From: Alphaproteobacteria bacterium
GTDB taxonomy: Bacteria; Pseudomonadota; Alphaproteobacteria; RF32; CAG-239
DNA: 64,000 nt
Assembly: GCA_017546315.1 (NCBI GenBank)
Contig: JAFYXH010000009.1
Coordinates: 6,390-70,389, forward strand
Direction of reading: 5' to 3'
In this document: piece after piece, positions 39,101 through 48,745 of the stretch
How positions within the stretch are numbered: position 1 is the stretch's first letter
How the letters are laid out: each line of letters opens with the position of its first letter
Made by a program: the position numbers and the translations under genes
Notes under the pieces: model-generated
Databases searched by the model: none
The model's input: only the letters and a program-made list of their open reading frames with translations
What the model was told of the DNA's origin: nothing

Positions 39101-39673
39101 CAGTCTGGCCATATTAAAGATGTTGGTATTGCACTTTACCACCACTTACTCGAAGAAGAAATTGAAAGAATAAAATCTTTAGATAATACTGATAATAAGC
39201 AAAATGGGGAAGCTGAAAAACAAGATTATAGCGTTCAAATACTAACTGGAGTTCCTATTATAATTCCGGAAGATTATGTAAAAGACTTAGGTGTTAGACT
39301 TGGACTTTATAAAAGAATAGGAAACCTCAAAACAGAAGAAGACATCAATGATATGAAAGAAGAACTTATTGATAGATTTGGAAATATACCTAACGAAGTT
39401 CTAAACCTTCTTAAAACAGTTGAAATAAAGCAAATTGCAAAACTTTCTAATATTGATAAAATTGAGGCTGGTGCAAAAGGAATATTGATATCTTTTAATA
39501 ACAACCACTTTAAAAATGTAGAAAAACTTATGGACTTTATTACCAAACAATGTGGTGCAGTTAAAGTTAGACCTGATCAAAAATTATTTATTGATAGAGA
39601 ACTTAATAATTATAATACTCGTCTTGAAGTTGTAAAAAAATACGTAAAGAAATTATATGAATTAAGTATTTAG
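36188..39673 (+). CDS. mfd: Transcription-repair coupling factor
   Basis: CarD-like VHIEHG, CGDVGFGKTEVA, DEEQHFGV, QLYQLRGRIGRS, DLDIRGAGNILG, C-terminal ELIDRFG. Confidence 0.97.
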   Translation: MSINFDTCNKKTLCSIAKDAEAFAIVDLFLSSKQDLLCILSDGITLKQIHEAISFINPDIDVLTFPNWDTVPYDRVSPNPSILSQRIDTLSKLVLDTDNKKKKIILTTVGAVIQKLPPKKIFLNARKIIKVGDKLSFDDFIHYVSVNGYLRVEQVMESGEYAVRGDIIDIFPSGAEKPLRIDLFDDEVERLRIFEIETQRSICELKFFKFDSANEVILDKNTIKSFRSKYREAFGSLGIKDEIYESISQGKKYIGMENWLPFFYDEELPSLFNYIPLANVLLGLDIENALKSKIETITDHFQARLDALKIKDSTEIDKYRPVNPNEMYIEEREFREKISSRNFISLSSLVLPESDDIISYNTLPQKKYATLKNINNLSVYQELNSDFSNNKNKKRIVCCYTEGSMDRMHNMFIENDIKNLHIAASFSDAIKMSQKGKIVFCLLGLQHGFSSDDYFIVSEQDIWGERKNIHSRKKVSAENLIADISSLNIGEYIVHIEHGVARFEGLENIITDGVQHDCLKLIYANNDKLYVPVENIDVITRYGAEDSNVKLDVLGGSAWEAKKAKVKEKIRDIANKLIKIAAERKMKKADIFIPERGLYDEFCSRFPYSETDDQINAINDVIKDLSLGMPMDRLICGDVGFGKTEVAIRASFNVAMGGGQVALIVPTTLLARQHYLNFKERLKGFPIKVRMLSRLTSAKEIKEIKNGIKNGEIEIVIGTHALLAKDIEFSNLGLLIIDEEQHFGVQHKEKLKQLKADIHILTLSATPIPRTLQLSLTGVKQLSIIATPPVDRLAARTFVMPFDKMMIKEAIYREKYRGGQIFFVCPRVSDIAQIEPKLREIAPDIKISIAHGQMSASSLEDVMCQFADGKADILLSTTIIESGIDMPNVNTMIIYRADMFGLAQLYQLRGRIGRSKQRGYCYFTIPNQKKLTDVAKKRLDILQALNQLGAGFSLANHDLDIRGAGNILGIEQSGHIKDVGIALYHHLLEEEIERIKSLDNTDNKQNGEAEKQDYSVQILTGVPIIIPEDYVKDLGVRLGLYKRIGNLKTEEDINDMKEELIDRFGNIPNEVLNLLKTVEIKQIAKLSNIDKIEAGAKGILISFNNNHFKNVEKLMDFITKQCGAVKVRPDQKLFIDRELNNYNTRLEVVKKYVKKLYELSI

Positions 39674-40269
39674 CTTAGTCTATCTAAAAGCTTTTTATAT
39701 GCTTGTGTTAAACGCTTAAATTTCTCTTCAGCATCTTTATCTTCTGGATGAAGATCTGGGTGACAGGTTTTTGCTAGTTTTTTATATTGTTTCTTTAAGT
39801 TCTCAATATTAAAATCATCCATCGATATATTTAACTCATTTAAGTTTCTTTTATCATCAGTTGAGAAACGCACTTCATGCTCTGCATTTTTATAATCAGA
39901 AAAACTTCGTAAAAACTCAAGTTCTTCATTAAGATCACAACCAAATTTATATTTAATCTTAGAGTGAAAACTTCCGAATCGTGTTCTTTTTTGAAAAACA
40001 CTTTCCTCTTCTGGTTCTTGATTATCTTGATAATAATTCCACTTTTTATTATATTCTTGAACATGCTCCAAACAAAACCAATAATGTGTTTTTAATGTCT
40101 TATCTCGTGGTGCTTTATACTCTCCTTTTTTATTACATCCTGGATGATCACAAACATGTTCTTTACCTTCATTTTGTGGAGTAAAATATTTACGAGTTCT
40201 TTTTGTTGAAGTTTGTTTTATCACTTTAAATATCCAATCAAATTTACAATTCCGGCAATGATATAGCAA
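39670..40269 (-). CDS. J-domain protein (alphaproteobacterial type with N-terminal Cys/His motif)
   Basis: CDHPGC...YKAP...WFCLEHVQEYN..WNY and a C-terminal J domain with HPD. Start uncertain. Confidence 0.85.
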   Translation of the reverse strand: MLYHCRNCKFDWIFKVIKQTSTKRTRKYFTPQNEGKEHVCDHPGCNKKGEYKAPRDKTLKTHYWFCLEHVQEYNKKWNYYQDNQEPEEESVFQKRTRFGSFHSKIKYKFGCDLNEELEFLRSFSDYKNAEHEVRFSTDDKRNLNELNISMDDFNIENLKKQYKKLAKTCHPDLHPEDKDAEEKFKRLTQAYKKLLDRLS

Positions 40270-40303
40270 ATTTCAGCATCAGTCAAATAGTATTGTCATT
40301 TTT

Positions 40304-40867
40304 TTATTGATCAATCTCTAGAGCTCTAAACAAAACATACAATCTTCTTAGCATTAAATATTTAGCTAAAGGTGTAAGCAATTTTTCTAGTCTAAAAAAA
40401 GTTATAGGCTTATAATTTTCAAAACTTTTTATATCGGTGTAATACAATTTTTTTCGCCCATTAGATACTTGTATTGTAAAATTATTCAAATTAAAATCAT
40501 AAAAAAATATATTATGCTCAACTAATTTATATGCAAAATGATATAACTGACTTATTATTTCTCTATCTATTTTATTTTTGTAGTAGTTTAGTGTTTTAGA
40601 ATACTCCCCACTATCATCTTTCAGCAATTTACAAACTACTCCTTTACCCCAAATTGTGTCAACTACCTCATTTTCATGCCAAACAAGATAATCCTTTAAC
40701 TCATATTTTATCTCATTATATGTTCTTAGTTCTCTAAATAAAATTCCATCATCTTTGGAACGAACAACAACTTTAACGCATAAATTCTCACAATAAGGAT
40801 GCTCAAAACATATTCTTGTTGCTCCTTTAGAAATAAATTTTGTTGGCTTTAAAATCTTACAATCCAT
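40304..40867 (-). CDS. YrbL-family protein (kinase-like fold)
   Basis: SKGATRICFEHP...CVKV, VDTIWGKGVV, FYDFNLNNF, YYTD. Confidence 0.7.
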   Translation of the reverse strand: MDCKILKPTKFISKGATRICFEHPYCENLCVKVVVRSKDDGILFRELRTYNEIKYELKDYLVWHENEVVDTIWGKGVVCKLLKDDSGEYSKTLNYYKNKIDREIISQLYHFAYKLVEHNIFFYDFNLNNFTIQVSNGRKKLYYTDIKSFENYKPITFFRLEKLLTPLAKYLMLRRLYVLFRALEIDQ

Positions 40868-40878
40868 TTCAACCTCTT

Positions 40879-40903
40879 TAATTACATGTAATTATAATTA
40901 CAT
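40879..40903. promoter_or_regulatory. Overlapping perfect palindromes, candidate operator
   Basis: TAATTACATGTAATTA (40879-40894) and ATGTAATTATAATTACAT (40886-40903) lie between the divergent yrbL-like and XRE genes. Confidence 0.6.
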
Positions 40904-40937
40904 TTAAAATAAATTTGTCAACACATATTCTAGATGC

Positions 40938-41183
40938 ATGAATAGAGAGTATGCTGAAAATTTATCAAAAAAAGTAGTTGAAATCCTCAAACAAAAGAGG
41001 ATAGAGCAAGGTATATCTAAACTAGAAATATCAAAACAAACAGGTATAAGCAGAACCGCTATAACACTCATTGAAAGCTATAAAAATAGTCCAACACTTA
41101 GGACCTTATTTATGCTATCTTCATCTATTAATGTGAAACTAGAAGATATTATACAAAACGCAGAAGAATTTTTAGACGAATAA
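40938..41183 (+). CDS. XRE-family HTH transcriptional regulator
   Basis: KRIEQGISKLEISKQTGISRTAITLIESYKNSPTLRTL. Confidence 0.88.
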   Translation: MNREYAENLSKKVVEILKQKRIEQGISKLEISKQTGISRTAITLIESYKNSPTLRTLFMLSSSINVKLEDIIQNAEEFLDE

Positions 41184-41261
41184 CTAGTGTATAAATCAGA
41201 TATTGTATTATCATAAAATATTTACTTTGCTATTTTTAAGTAAACGAATCAAGGAGGATAT

Positions 41262-42101
41262 ATGCCAGAATTACCAGAAGTAGAAACAATAAAAGAAGCA
41301 TTAAACAAATCTATTTGTGGAGCAAAGATAAATTCTGTTTTAGTAAACAACCGTTCTTTTAGAGAAAAAATACCAGAAGATTTTGAAAGCATAACAAAAA
41401 ACACAACAATAACTAAGATTTGGCGACTCGCTAAATATGCCATATTAAATTTAAGTAATGGATATAGTATTATTTGGCATTTTGGCATGAGCGGTAAAGT
41501 AAAAATACTAAGCGAAAACACATCTGTTTATGAAAAACATGACCACGTTATCTTCCAAACCTCTAAAGGCGTTGTTATTTTTAATGATACTAGGCGTTTT
41601 GGCCTTATTAGTTATTGCAAAACAAATGAATTGATGAAACACCATCTATTTTCAGAAATAGGAATCGACCCCTTTGATAAAAATTTTGACGTACAATATT
41701 TAGCTAGCAAACTAAAAAACAAAAAGACTCCAATTAAGATATCATTACTAGATCAAAAAATAGTTTCAGGAATCGGCAACATCTATGCCTCTGAAGCATT
41801 ATATAAAGCACAGATATCACCTCTTAGAGAAACCTCCAGCCTAACACTTGATGAGATTGAAAACTTGATTAAAGCAATACAATTTACTTTAGAAAAAGCT
41901 ATTAAAGCTGGTGGCTCAACTCTTCGAGACTACAAAAAGCCAGATGGGAGTATGGGATACTTTCAAAACGAACATTGCGTTTACAACAAAACAGGCCAAA
42001 GATGCCCAAACTGTGTTTGCGACTTAAATTCAACCAGTGGAATCGTAAAAATTACCCAAGGAGGAAGATCAACATTTTACTGTTCAACTTTACAAAAGTA
42101 A
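41262..42101 (+). CDS. mutM: Formamidopyrimidine-DNA glycosylase
   Basis: MPELPEVET, HFGMSG, GIGNIYASE, C-terminal zinc finger. Confidence 0.97.
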   Translation: MPELPEVETIKEALNKSICGAKINSVLVNNRSFREKIPEDFESITKNTTITKIWRLAKYAILNLSNGYSIIWHFGMSGKVKILSENTSVYEKHDHVIFQTSKGVVIFNDTRRFGLISYCKTNELMKHHLFSEIGIDPFDKNFDVQYLASKLKNKKTPIKISLLDQKIVSGIGNIYASEALYKAQISPLRETSSLTLDEIENLIKAIQFTLEKAIKAGGSTLRDYKKPDGSMGYFQNEHCVYNKTGQRCPNCVCDLNSTSGIVKITQGGRSTFYCSTLQK

Positions 42102-42361
42102 AAAAGTTCGCCACAAGCAACAGACTTTCATTTAGGAAGAAAGAATCTTAAATTACACATAAGTAACTATAACTATCACCACTTAACATTAAACAGTGAT
42201 ACCATCTTGTTCACTACAAACTTTATAAGACTCCATAAATCTTACAAGCCTATTATTAAAAAATCCAACTAAAGAATAATATTTCAAACACGAATCACTA
42301 CAAAAAACCTCCATATCAATATGAAAAAAGGCATTATTTTTATTTTTTTTGAAAAAATTTG

Positions 42362-42389
42362 TTGACTATCACTAATTATAGGCTATAAG
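42362..42389 (+). promoter_or_regulatory. Sigma70-like promoter for rpsT
   Basis: TTGACT-16 nt-TATAAG. Confidence 0.55.
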
Positions 42390-42440
42390 TGTTTCAGAAT
42401 TTTATTTGTAATTAACTTAATTTTGACAGGATTAAATATT

Positions 42441-42701
42441 ATGGCCAATCATAAGTCGGCAAAAACAAGAATTAACAGAAACAATAAAAGAAGCATCATC
42501 AATGGTGCTCGTAGAAGTAGAGTTAGAACTTTTGTTAAGAAAGTAATCGCGGCTGTTTTAGCTGGTGACAAAGAATTAGCAGCAAGTGCTTTGAAAGTTG
42601 CAGAATGCGAAATGATGAGAGCAGCTCAGAAAGGTGTGTTCCACAAAAACAAAGCATCTCGCACTATTTCTCGCTTAAGCCAAAAAGTTAAGGCTCTTTA
42701 A
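42441..42701 (+). CDS. rpsT: 30S ribosomal protein S20
   Basis: MANHKSAKTRI...KGVFHKNKASR. Start moved to ATG 42441. Confidence 0.97.
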   Translation: MANHKSAKTRINRNNKRSIINGARRSRVRTFVKKVIAAVLAGDKELAASALKVAECEMMRAAQKGVFHKNKASRTISRLSQKVKAL

Positions 42702-42723
42702 TTTTATTGTTATTTAGAATCTT

Positions 42724-42763
42724 AAAAAGCAAACGTTCACTTTATTGTGGCGTTTGCTTTTTT
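42724..42763 (+). terminator. rpsT terminator
   Basis: AAAAAGCAAACG...CGTTTGCTTTTT. Confidence 0.8.
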
Positions 42764-43311
42764 GTTTATTTTTAAACACTTAAACCCGAATCCTAGATAG
42801 AATCCCTGTCAAGCAATTTTATTGACATATTGTAAAAAAAAATATTTGTGTTTCCCAACAATATTAAATAAGGTTTCCCTAAGTAAGGAAATGGACACTT
42901 ATTGTTTAGTAAAGACTTTTCACTTCGTTAAACAAATTTCAAAAAAAAACCATTCATTTATTTTAGATATCTCAAATAATATCTAGGGGGTGGTTTTTAA
43001 ATAAAAAAATGGATCATTTCTAAACTTTAAATACACAAGCAATTTAGCATTTTGTTGTTTTAACACATGAAGACACCGTGAATGACATTTGTTTGATTGT
43101 TTATTATTTATGAATATAGATATGTTTTTTTAATGGGAAATATTTTCACTCTCCGGTGGGACGGAGGTTGAAACAAAACTCATAAAATATTTTAATCTTA
43201 TAACACACATACAATCTACAAAGATTATGTATTTGATGTTTTGTTTTAATTTTATGTGTTAAAATCCCATTCTATAAAAACAAGTAATTATAATTTTATG
43301 TAATATATCTA

Positions 43312-44787
43312 ATGTGGGAGATGGATATGACAGAAGAAGCTTTAGTAAGTGAAGATTGCTCTATTGATTTACAATGGAGTCAAATTTGTAGTCAACTTAA
43401 AATGGAGTTCGGTGAGACTGCATTTGACAGCTGGCTCAAACCGCTTACCGTCGGAGAATTATCAAACGGCGTAATGAACATTTGCGCACCGACTGCTTTT
43501 ATGAAGAACTGGGTTATTACTCATTATTCAGAGAGAATTAACAAAATTTGGGAACAAAAGAACCAAGAAGTTAAAAAAGTAAACTTTATTGTACAAACTG
43601 GCTTTGCAAATAGACGCAGCACAGATTCATCATTACTTAAAAGAATCTCAACAACACCTACACCACAAAATATTTATGGTGGAAATATAAACAGTAGTTC
43701 TTTTGGTTTAGTTTCTGGCTCAACAGTAACAAGTGAACCTGTAAAAAGCGTAGCCAATACACAATCAACAACAATCCCAAATCCTAACTATACTTTCGAC
43801 AACTTTGTTGTTGGCAAAACTAATGAATTTGCTTACGCTGCTGCTAAAAAAGTTGCAGAATCAAAGAACGTTTCTTTCAATCCTTTATTCTTATATTCAA
43901 GTGTTGGACTTGGTAAAACACACTTAATGCATTCTATTATTGCACACATAAAAGAAAACACACCAAATAGAAATGTGATTTACCTAACTGCTGAACAATT
44001 TGTTTATAAGTTTGTAAAAGCATTACGTTACAAAGACACAACAGCATTCAAAGAACAATTCCGCTCTGTTGATGTTTTGATGGTTGATGACTTCCAATTT
44101 ATGGGTAACAAAGGTACAACACAAGACGAATTCTTCCACACATTCAGCTCATTAGTTGAAGAAGGAAAGCAAGTAATTATTGCTGCTGACAAATCTCCAA
44201 CTGACCTAGAAGGTATCGAAAGCCGTTTAAAATCTCGTCTTGTTGGTGGCCTTGTTGTTGACATCATGCCTACTGACTTCGATTTAAGAATGGGTATTTT
44301 GAAGAAAAAAGCAGAACTTCTTAATATCGATTTACCTACAAAGGTTGCTGAATTTTTAGCACAAAAAATAACATCAAATGTCAGGGAGCTTGAAGGTTCT
44401 CTCAAAAGAGTTGCCGCTCACTCTCAACTATTATCAGGAAAAGAAATAACTCTTGATATGACACAAGATGTTTTAAAAGATATGCTACGCTCTATCGATA
44501 GAAAAACAACAATCGATGAAATTCAGAAAAAAGTTGCAGAACATTTCAATATCTCTGTTAAGGAATTACAATCTTCCAGAAGAGCAAGAACTGTTGCTAG
44601 ACCTAGACAAGTTGCTATGTATTTAGCAAAACAACTTACATCTCGTTCTCTTCCAGAAATCGGACGTAAGTTTGATAGAGACCACACAACAGTAATGCAC
44701 GCTGTAAGAAAAGTTGAGGAACTCATTGTTGAGGACACAAGCTTAGCTGAAAATATTGAGATTTTGAGAAGAACTTTAGAAAACTAG
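43312..44787 (+). CDS. dnaA: Chromosomal replication initiator DnaA
   Basis: YTFDNFVVG, NPLFLY..VGLGKTHL, DDFQF, NVRELEG, domain IV RPRQVAMYL...SLPEIG..F.RDHTTV. Confidence 0.98.
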   Translation: MWEMDMTEEALVSEDCSIDLQWSQICSQLKMEFGETAFDSWLKPLTVGELSNGVMNICAPTAFMKNWVITHYSERINKIWEQKNQEVKKVNFIVQTGFANRRSTDSSLLKRISTTPTPQNIYGGNINSSSFGLVSGSTVTSEPVKSVANTQSTTIPNPNYTFDNFVVGKTNEFAYAAAKKVAESKNVSFNPLFLYSSVGLGKTHLMHSIIAHIKENTPNRNVIYLTAEQFVYKFVKALRYKDTTAFKEQFRSVDVLMVDDFQFMGNKGTTQDEFFHTFSSLVEEGKQVIIAADKSPTDLEGIESRLKSRLVGGLVVDIMPTDFDLRMGILKKKAELLNIDLPTKVAEFLAQKITSNVRELEGSLKRVAAHSQLLSGKEITLDMTQDVLKDMLRSIDRKTTIDEIQKKVAEHFNISVKELQSSRRARTVARPRQVAMYLAKQLTSRSLPEIGRKFDRDHTTVMHAVRKVEELIVEDTSLAENIEILRRTLEN

Positions 44788-44898
44788 TTCTCTAGATAAA
44801 AAAAATCTGTTGAAGACTTATTTTTTGACTTCTGATTTTATTGATTTATGATAAAGTGTAGGAAGAATAAAAATAAGTCTTTTTTTAGGATAAAAATA

Positions 44899-46017
44899 AT
44901 GAAATTTACAATAGAACGCGCACACTTTTTAAAGACACTCAGCCATGTACAGAGCATTGTTGAGAAAAGAAATACTATCCCTGTACTATCTAACGTTAGA
45001 ATCGAAGCAAAAGGTTCTACTATTAACTTTAAAGCTACAGATATGGATATCGAGATAACTGAAATAGTAGATGCAACAGTAATTGAAGAAGGTGCAACAA
45101 CTGCTCCTGCTCATATGTTGTATGATATTGTTAGAAAACTCTCTGACGGTTCTGATGTTGAAATTTCATATCCTGATGAAAAAGGTTCTCTAAGAATTGC
45201 TTCAGGTCGTTCAAAGTTCTCACTATCTACTATTGGTGTTGAAGATTTTCCAATAATCTCAGGTGATGATTTACCAATAAATTTCGAAATTAGTAAAGAT
45301 GAATTAAAAACTTTGATTGACCGCACTCAATTTTCTGCCTCTGTTGAAGAAGCTAGATATTATTTGAACGGTTTATATGTTCATGCAAAAGCGGAAGGCG
45401 CTGCAAATGTTTTACGAGTTGTAGCAACAGACGGACATAGACTCGCTTGCGCAGAGTCTCCTTTACCAGAAGGGGCTGAAAAACTAGAAGGTGTTATCAT
45501 CCCAAGAAAATCTGTTTTAGAGATTAGAAAACTACTTGATGACGCATCTATTGATAAGGTATTGATGGCTTTGTCTGAAAATAAAGTTAGAATCTCTTTT
45601 GAAGATATCACACTTACTTCAAAACTTATTGATGGAACTTTCCCTGATTATGAGCGTGTTATCCCAACTGATAACGACAAAATTCTTGAAGTTAACGTAA
45701 AAGAATTATCTTCTGCTGTTGACCGTGTTTCTGTTGTAACAGAAAGAAGTCGTGGAATCCGCCTCATCACAGATAAGAATCACGTAACAATTGCTGCTTC
45801 AAACGCAGAATTAGGAAACGCCTCAGAAGAATTAGAAGCTACTTATGACAAAGAAACAATAGACACTGGCTACAACTTCCGTTACTTGTTAGATATTCTA
45901 GCGCAAATTAAAGGCGAGGAAGTCAGATTCAGTCTTTCTGGAAATGCAGCTGCAACTGTTATAACAGATAAAACTGATAATAGCGCAATTTATGTTTTAA
46001 TGCCTATGAGAATCTAA
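44899..46017 (+). CDS. dnaN: DNA polymerase III beta clamp
   Basis: RNTIPVLSN, ATDMD, RYYLNG, VATDGHRL, SKLIDGTFPDY, VLMPMR. Start moved to ATG 44899. Confidence 0.97.
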   Translation: MKFTIERAHFLKTLSHVQSIVEKRNTIPVLSNVRIEAKGSTINFKATDMDIEITEIVDATVIEEGATTAPAHMLYDIVRKLSDGSDVEISYPDEKGSLRIASGRSKFSLSTIGVEDFPIISGDDLPINFEISKDELKTLIDRTQFSASVEEARYYLNGLYVHAKAEGAANVLRVVATDGHRLACAESPLPEGAEKLEGVIIPRKSVLEIRKLLDDASIDKVLMALSENKVRISFEDITLTSKLIDGTFPDYERVIPTDNDKILEVNVKELSSAVDRVSVVTERSRGIRLITDKNHVTIAASNAELGNASEELEATYDKETIDTGYNFRYLLDILAQIKGEEVRFSLSGNAAATVITDKTDNSAIYVLMPMRI

Positions 46018-47253
46018 GTGAATACCGCTTTTCATATTATAGATGATAAATCTAAGACTAAGGTCCGGTCCTTTTTAAAGAACCTGACCTTAGTTAATTT
46101 TAGAAACTACCGGTATCAAAGACTAAACTTCAATCAACCATTTGTTATTTTTAGCGGAAACAATGGAAGCGGTAAGACAAATATATTAGAGGCTATTTCT
46201 TTTCTTTCACAAGGAAGAGGTTTAAGAAACGCTAAATTATCTGAGGTTAAAACTTTTGATTTTTTAATAGATAAAATTGAGACTCCAACTTTTATAAATA
46301 ACAGTGGATGGGCCGTATCAGCACTACTTGAAAGAGATAGTGAAGAATATAGAATCGGAACTTCAGTCGAGAGTTCAACCAAAGAAATCGACTTTAACGA
46401 ATCAAAAGAAATTGATCGAAGAGTAGTCAATATAAACAAACAAAAACTCTCATCACAAACAGAATTAAATAATTATATTTCTATGATTTGGGTTACACCT
46501 CAAATGGATAGATTATTCCAATCTGGCACTCAAAATCGAAGAAGTTTTTTAGATAGAATCGTATGTAGTTTTGATACATCTCATGCTAGAAGATTATCAT
46601 CATTTGACAATGTTTATAGACAATGGCTACTTCTCTTAAAAGAGGGAAATACAAATAACAATTGGCTATCTTCATTAGAAGAACAAATTACTGAAATTGG
46701 CGTAGCAATCGCTTGCGCGAGAAAAGAACAAATAGATAATTTAAATATTTTCATGGAAAGATATCCTGACGAAACATTTCCAGAAGCCTTTCTTGCATTA
46801 GATGGAACAATTGAAAAGTTGCTCAATGATAAACCTGCTATTTTTGTAGAAGACTTTTATAGAGAAGCACTAAAAAAACAGCGCAACATATCATTTTTAA
46901 ACGACTCCACAATAACTATAAATAAAACAGATTTAAAGGTAATCTATAAGAGAAAAAATGTTCCCGCATCTTTCTGTTCAACCGGAGAGCAAAAATCATT
47001 ACTTCTAAGCATCATTATATCGCAAGCTAGACGCCTTACTGAGTACAAAGGGTTTCCTCCCATAATGCTCCTAGATGAAATCGCAGCCCACTTAGACGAG
47101 ATTAGACGAGATGCCTTATTATCCAAAATATACGAGATAAATTCTCAAGCATTTTTAACAACAACTGATGAGTATGACTTTAACAATATAAAACAACACG
47201 CTCAATTTTTTGAAATAAACAACAATTCCGCAACAGAAATATTTCTTAAATAA
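46018..47253 (+). CDS. recF: DNA replication/repair protein RecF
   Basis: NFRNY, GNNGSGKTNILEAI, CSTGEQK, LLDEIAAHLD. Confidence 0.95.
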   Translation: MNTAFHIIDDKSKTKVRSFLKNLTLVNFRNYRYQRLNFNQPFVIFSGNNGSGKTNILEAISFLSQGRGLRNAKLSEVKTFDFLIDKIETPTFINNSGWAVSALLERDSEEYRIGTSVESSTKEIDFNESKEIDRRVVNINKQKLSSQTELNNYISMIWVTPQMDRLFQSGTQNRRSFLDRIVCSFDTSHARRLSSFDNVYRQWLLLLKEGNTNNNWLSSLEEQITEIGVAIACARKEQIDNLNIFMERYPDETFPEAFLALDGTIEKLLNDKPAIFVEDFYREALKKQRNISFLNDSTITINKTDLKVIYKRKNVPASFCSTGEQKSLLLSIIISQARRLTEYKGFPPIMLLDEIAAHLDEIRRDALLSKIYEINSQAFLTTTDEYDFNNIKQHAQFFEINNNSATEIFLK

Positions 47254-47276
47254 AAAAAGCCACCGAAGGTGGCTTT
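47252..47276. terminator. Terminator between convergent recF and gpsA
   Basis: AAAGCCACC-gaa-GGTGGCTTT with an A tract on the left. Confidence 0.8.
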
Positions 47277-47284
47277 AATCTTTA

Positions 47285-48259
47285 TTAAAAAGCATCAAAT
47301 TCATGCTTTAGATCTCGCTCAAACATAGAAAGAATCGTTTGTTTCACATCTGCACCTTCATATACCGCTTTGTATAAAGCCTGACAAATTGGCATATTGA
47401 TATTTTCTTTATCTGCAATGATTTTTACTGCCTTTAGAGTAAAATAGCCTTCTGCTAATTTTCCAAAATTTTCACCCTTTGCAAACATCTCACCAAACAT
47501 ACGGTTATGACTATGTTTAGAGAACAATGTAGCCTCATAATCACCTAAGTGAGACAAACCATAAGCAGTCATAGGATTACCACCAAAATGTTTTATAAAG
47601 CGCCCTACTTCTACTGGAGCTCTTGCCATTAAAGCTCCTTTTAACCCATACCACTCTAGACCATCTAAAATACCTGCGGCAATTCCTATAACATTTTTCA
47701 ATGCTGCACCAACTTGATTACCAATAAAATCAGATCCATAATAGAATCTAATCAAATCGCTTTGCAATGTTTTTACAACATTTGTTTTAACATCTTCTTC
47801 ATCACTATCAATAACGGCACAAGATGGAACTTTTTTCATATAATCTTGAACATGACCTGGTCCACCCAATGTTGCAATATGTATTGGTTGAGCAATTTCT
47901 TCCCTCATCACTTCACTTAAAAGTTTAGCACTAGGCTCTTCCAAACCTTTCATCGCTAATAAAAAAGTTTTATCTGTAACGTTATACTCATTTAATTGAC
48001 GAGCTAATGAACGAAGATGCTGACACCCTATTGATATTATAATCAGGTCATTATTTAACACATCTTCAATATTTTCATGCAAAGTCATATTATCAGTTAA
48101 TGTTAAATATGAATTTTTGCGTGTTTCTTTTAATTCTTTAAAATCAGGCAAATCTGGACGACTATAAATTTTAACTTCATCTACTTTACAATAGTTCGCT
48201 ACATACCATGCTAAAAATGTTCCCCAGCGCCCGCTTCCAATAACAGATATTTCAGACAT
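47285..48259 (-). CDS. gpsA: NAD(P)H-dependent glycerol-3-phosphate dehydrogenase
   Basis: IGSGRWGT, KGLE, GAALKNVIGIAAG, GLSHLGD, AEG. Confidence 0.9.
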   Translation of the reverse strand: MSEISVIGSGRWGTFLAWYVANYCKVDEVKIYSRPDLPDFKELKETRKNSYLTLTDNMTLHENIEDVLNNDLIIISIGCQHLRSLARQLNEYNVTDKTFLLAMKGLEEPSAKLLSEVMREEIAQPIHIATLGGPGHVQDYMKKVPSCAVIDSDEEDVKTNVVKTLQSDLIRFYYGSDFIGNQVGAALKNVIGIAAGILDGLEWYGLKGALMARAPVEVGRFIKHFGGNPMTAYGLSHLGDYEATLFSKHSHNRMFGEMFAKGENFGKLAEGYFTLKAVKIIADKENINMPICQALYKAVYEGADVKQTILSMFERDLKHEFDAF

Positions 48260-48394
48260 TCGAATAATCCTTATTTTATATTAGTAATGTGTGGAACTTT
48301 AATGGACTTTTCAAACAATATCAAACTAACTTTTCAAGAAATCAACAATCGAATCTTGATATAATAAGAGTTAGAACATTAAAAAACTTATGAA

Positions 48395-48745
48395 TTATTT
48401 TTTCTTAATTCTCTGACGACCTATAATAGCCTTAATATAGTCAAACTTTGCAAATGATTTATACGCAACATCAAGACTAGCTTCATCACCATAAAATACT
48501 TTATTAGCTAATCCCTTTATTGCCTCATCAATTTTCTTAAAGGCATCATTATAATCTTTATTGAAATTATTTTTAGATTTTTTTTGAACTAAATTATGAT
48601 ATGCAGCAATAACCTTTGCGGTTTCATCCGCAGAATTGGCATAACCTTTCCGCTCAAATTCATGCATTATTTGAGCTGTGGTTTGATAAAAGCACTTATT
48701 AGTTAAAATGCTCTTTTGTGTTTCATTTTTACTGTCTATAATCAT
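48395..48745 (-). CDS. Hypothetical protein
   Basis: 116-aa ORF with no recognised motif. GGAGG upstream. Confidence 0.55.
   Translation of the reverse strand: MIIDSKNETQKSILTNKCFYQTTAQIMHEFERKGYANSADETAKVIAAYHNLVQKKSKNNFNKDYNDAFKKIDEAIKGLANKVFYGDEASLDVAYKSFAKFDYIKAIIGRQRIKKK

Noticed and set aside
42702-44898. Classical oriC flanking dnaA
   Set aside because: No perfect TTATCCACA boxes or box cluster found by eye on either side of dnaA, only one-mismatch 9-mers.
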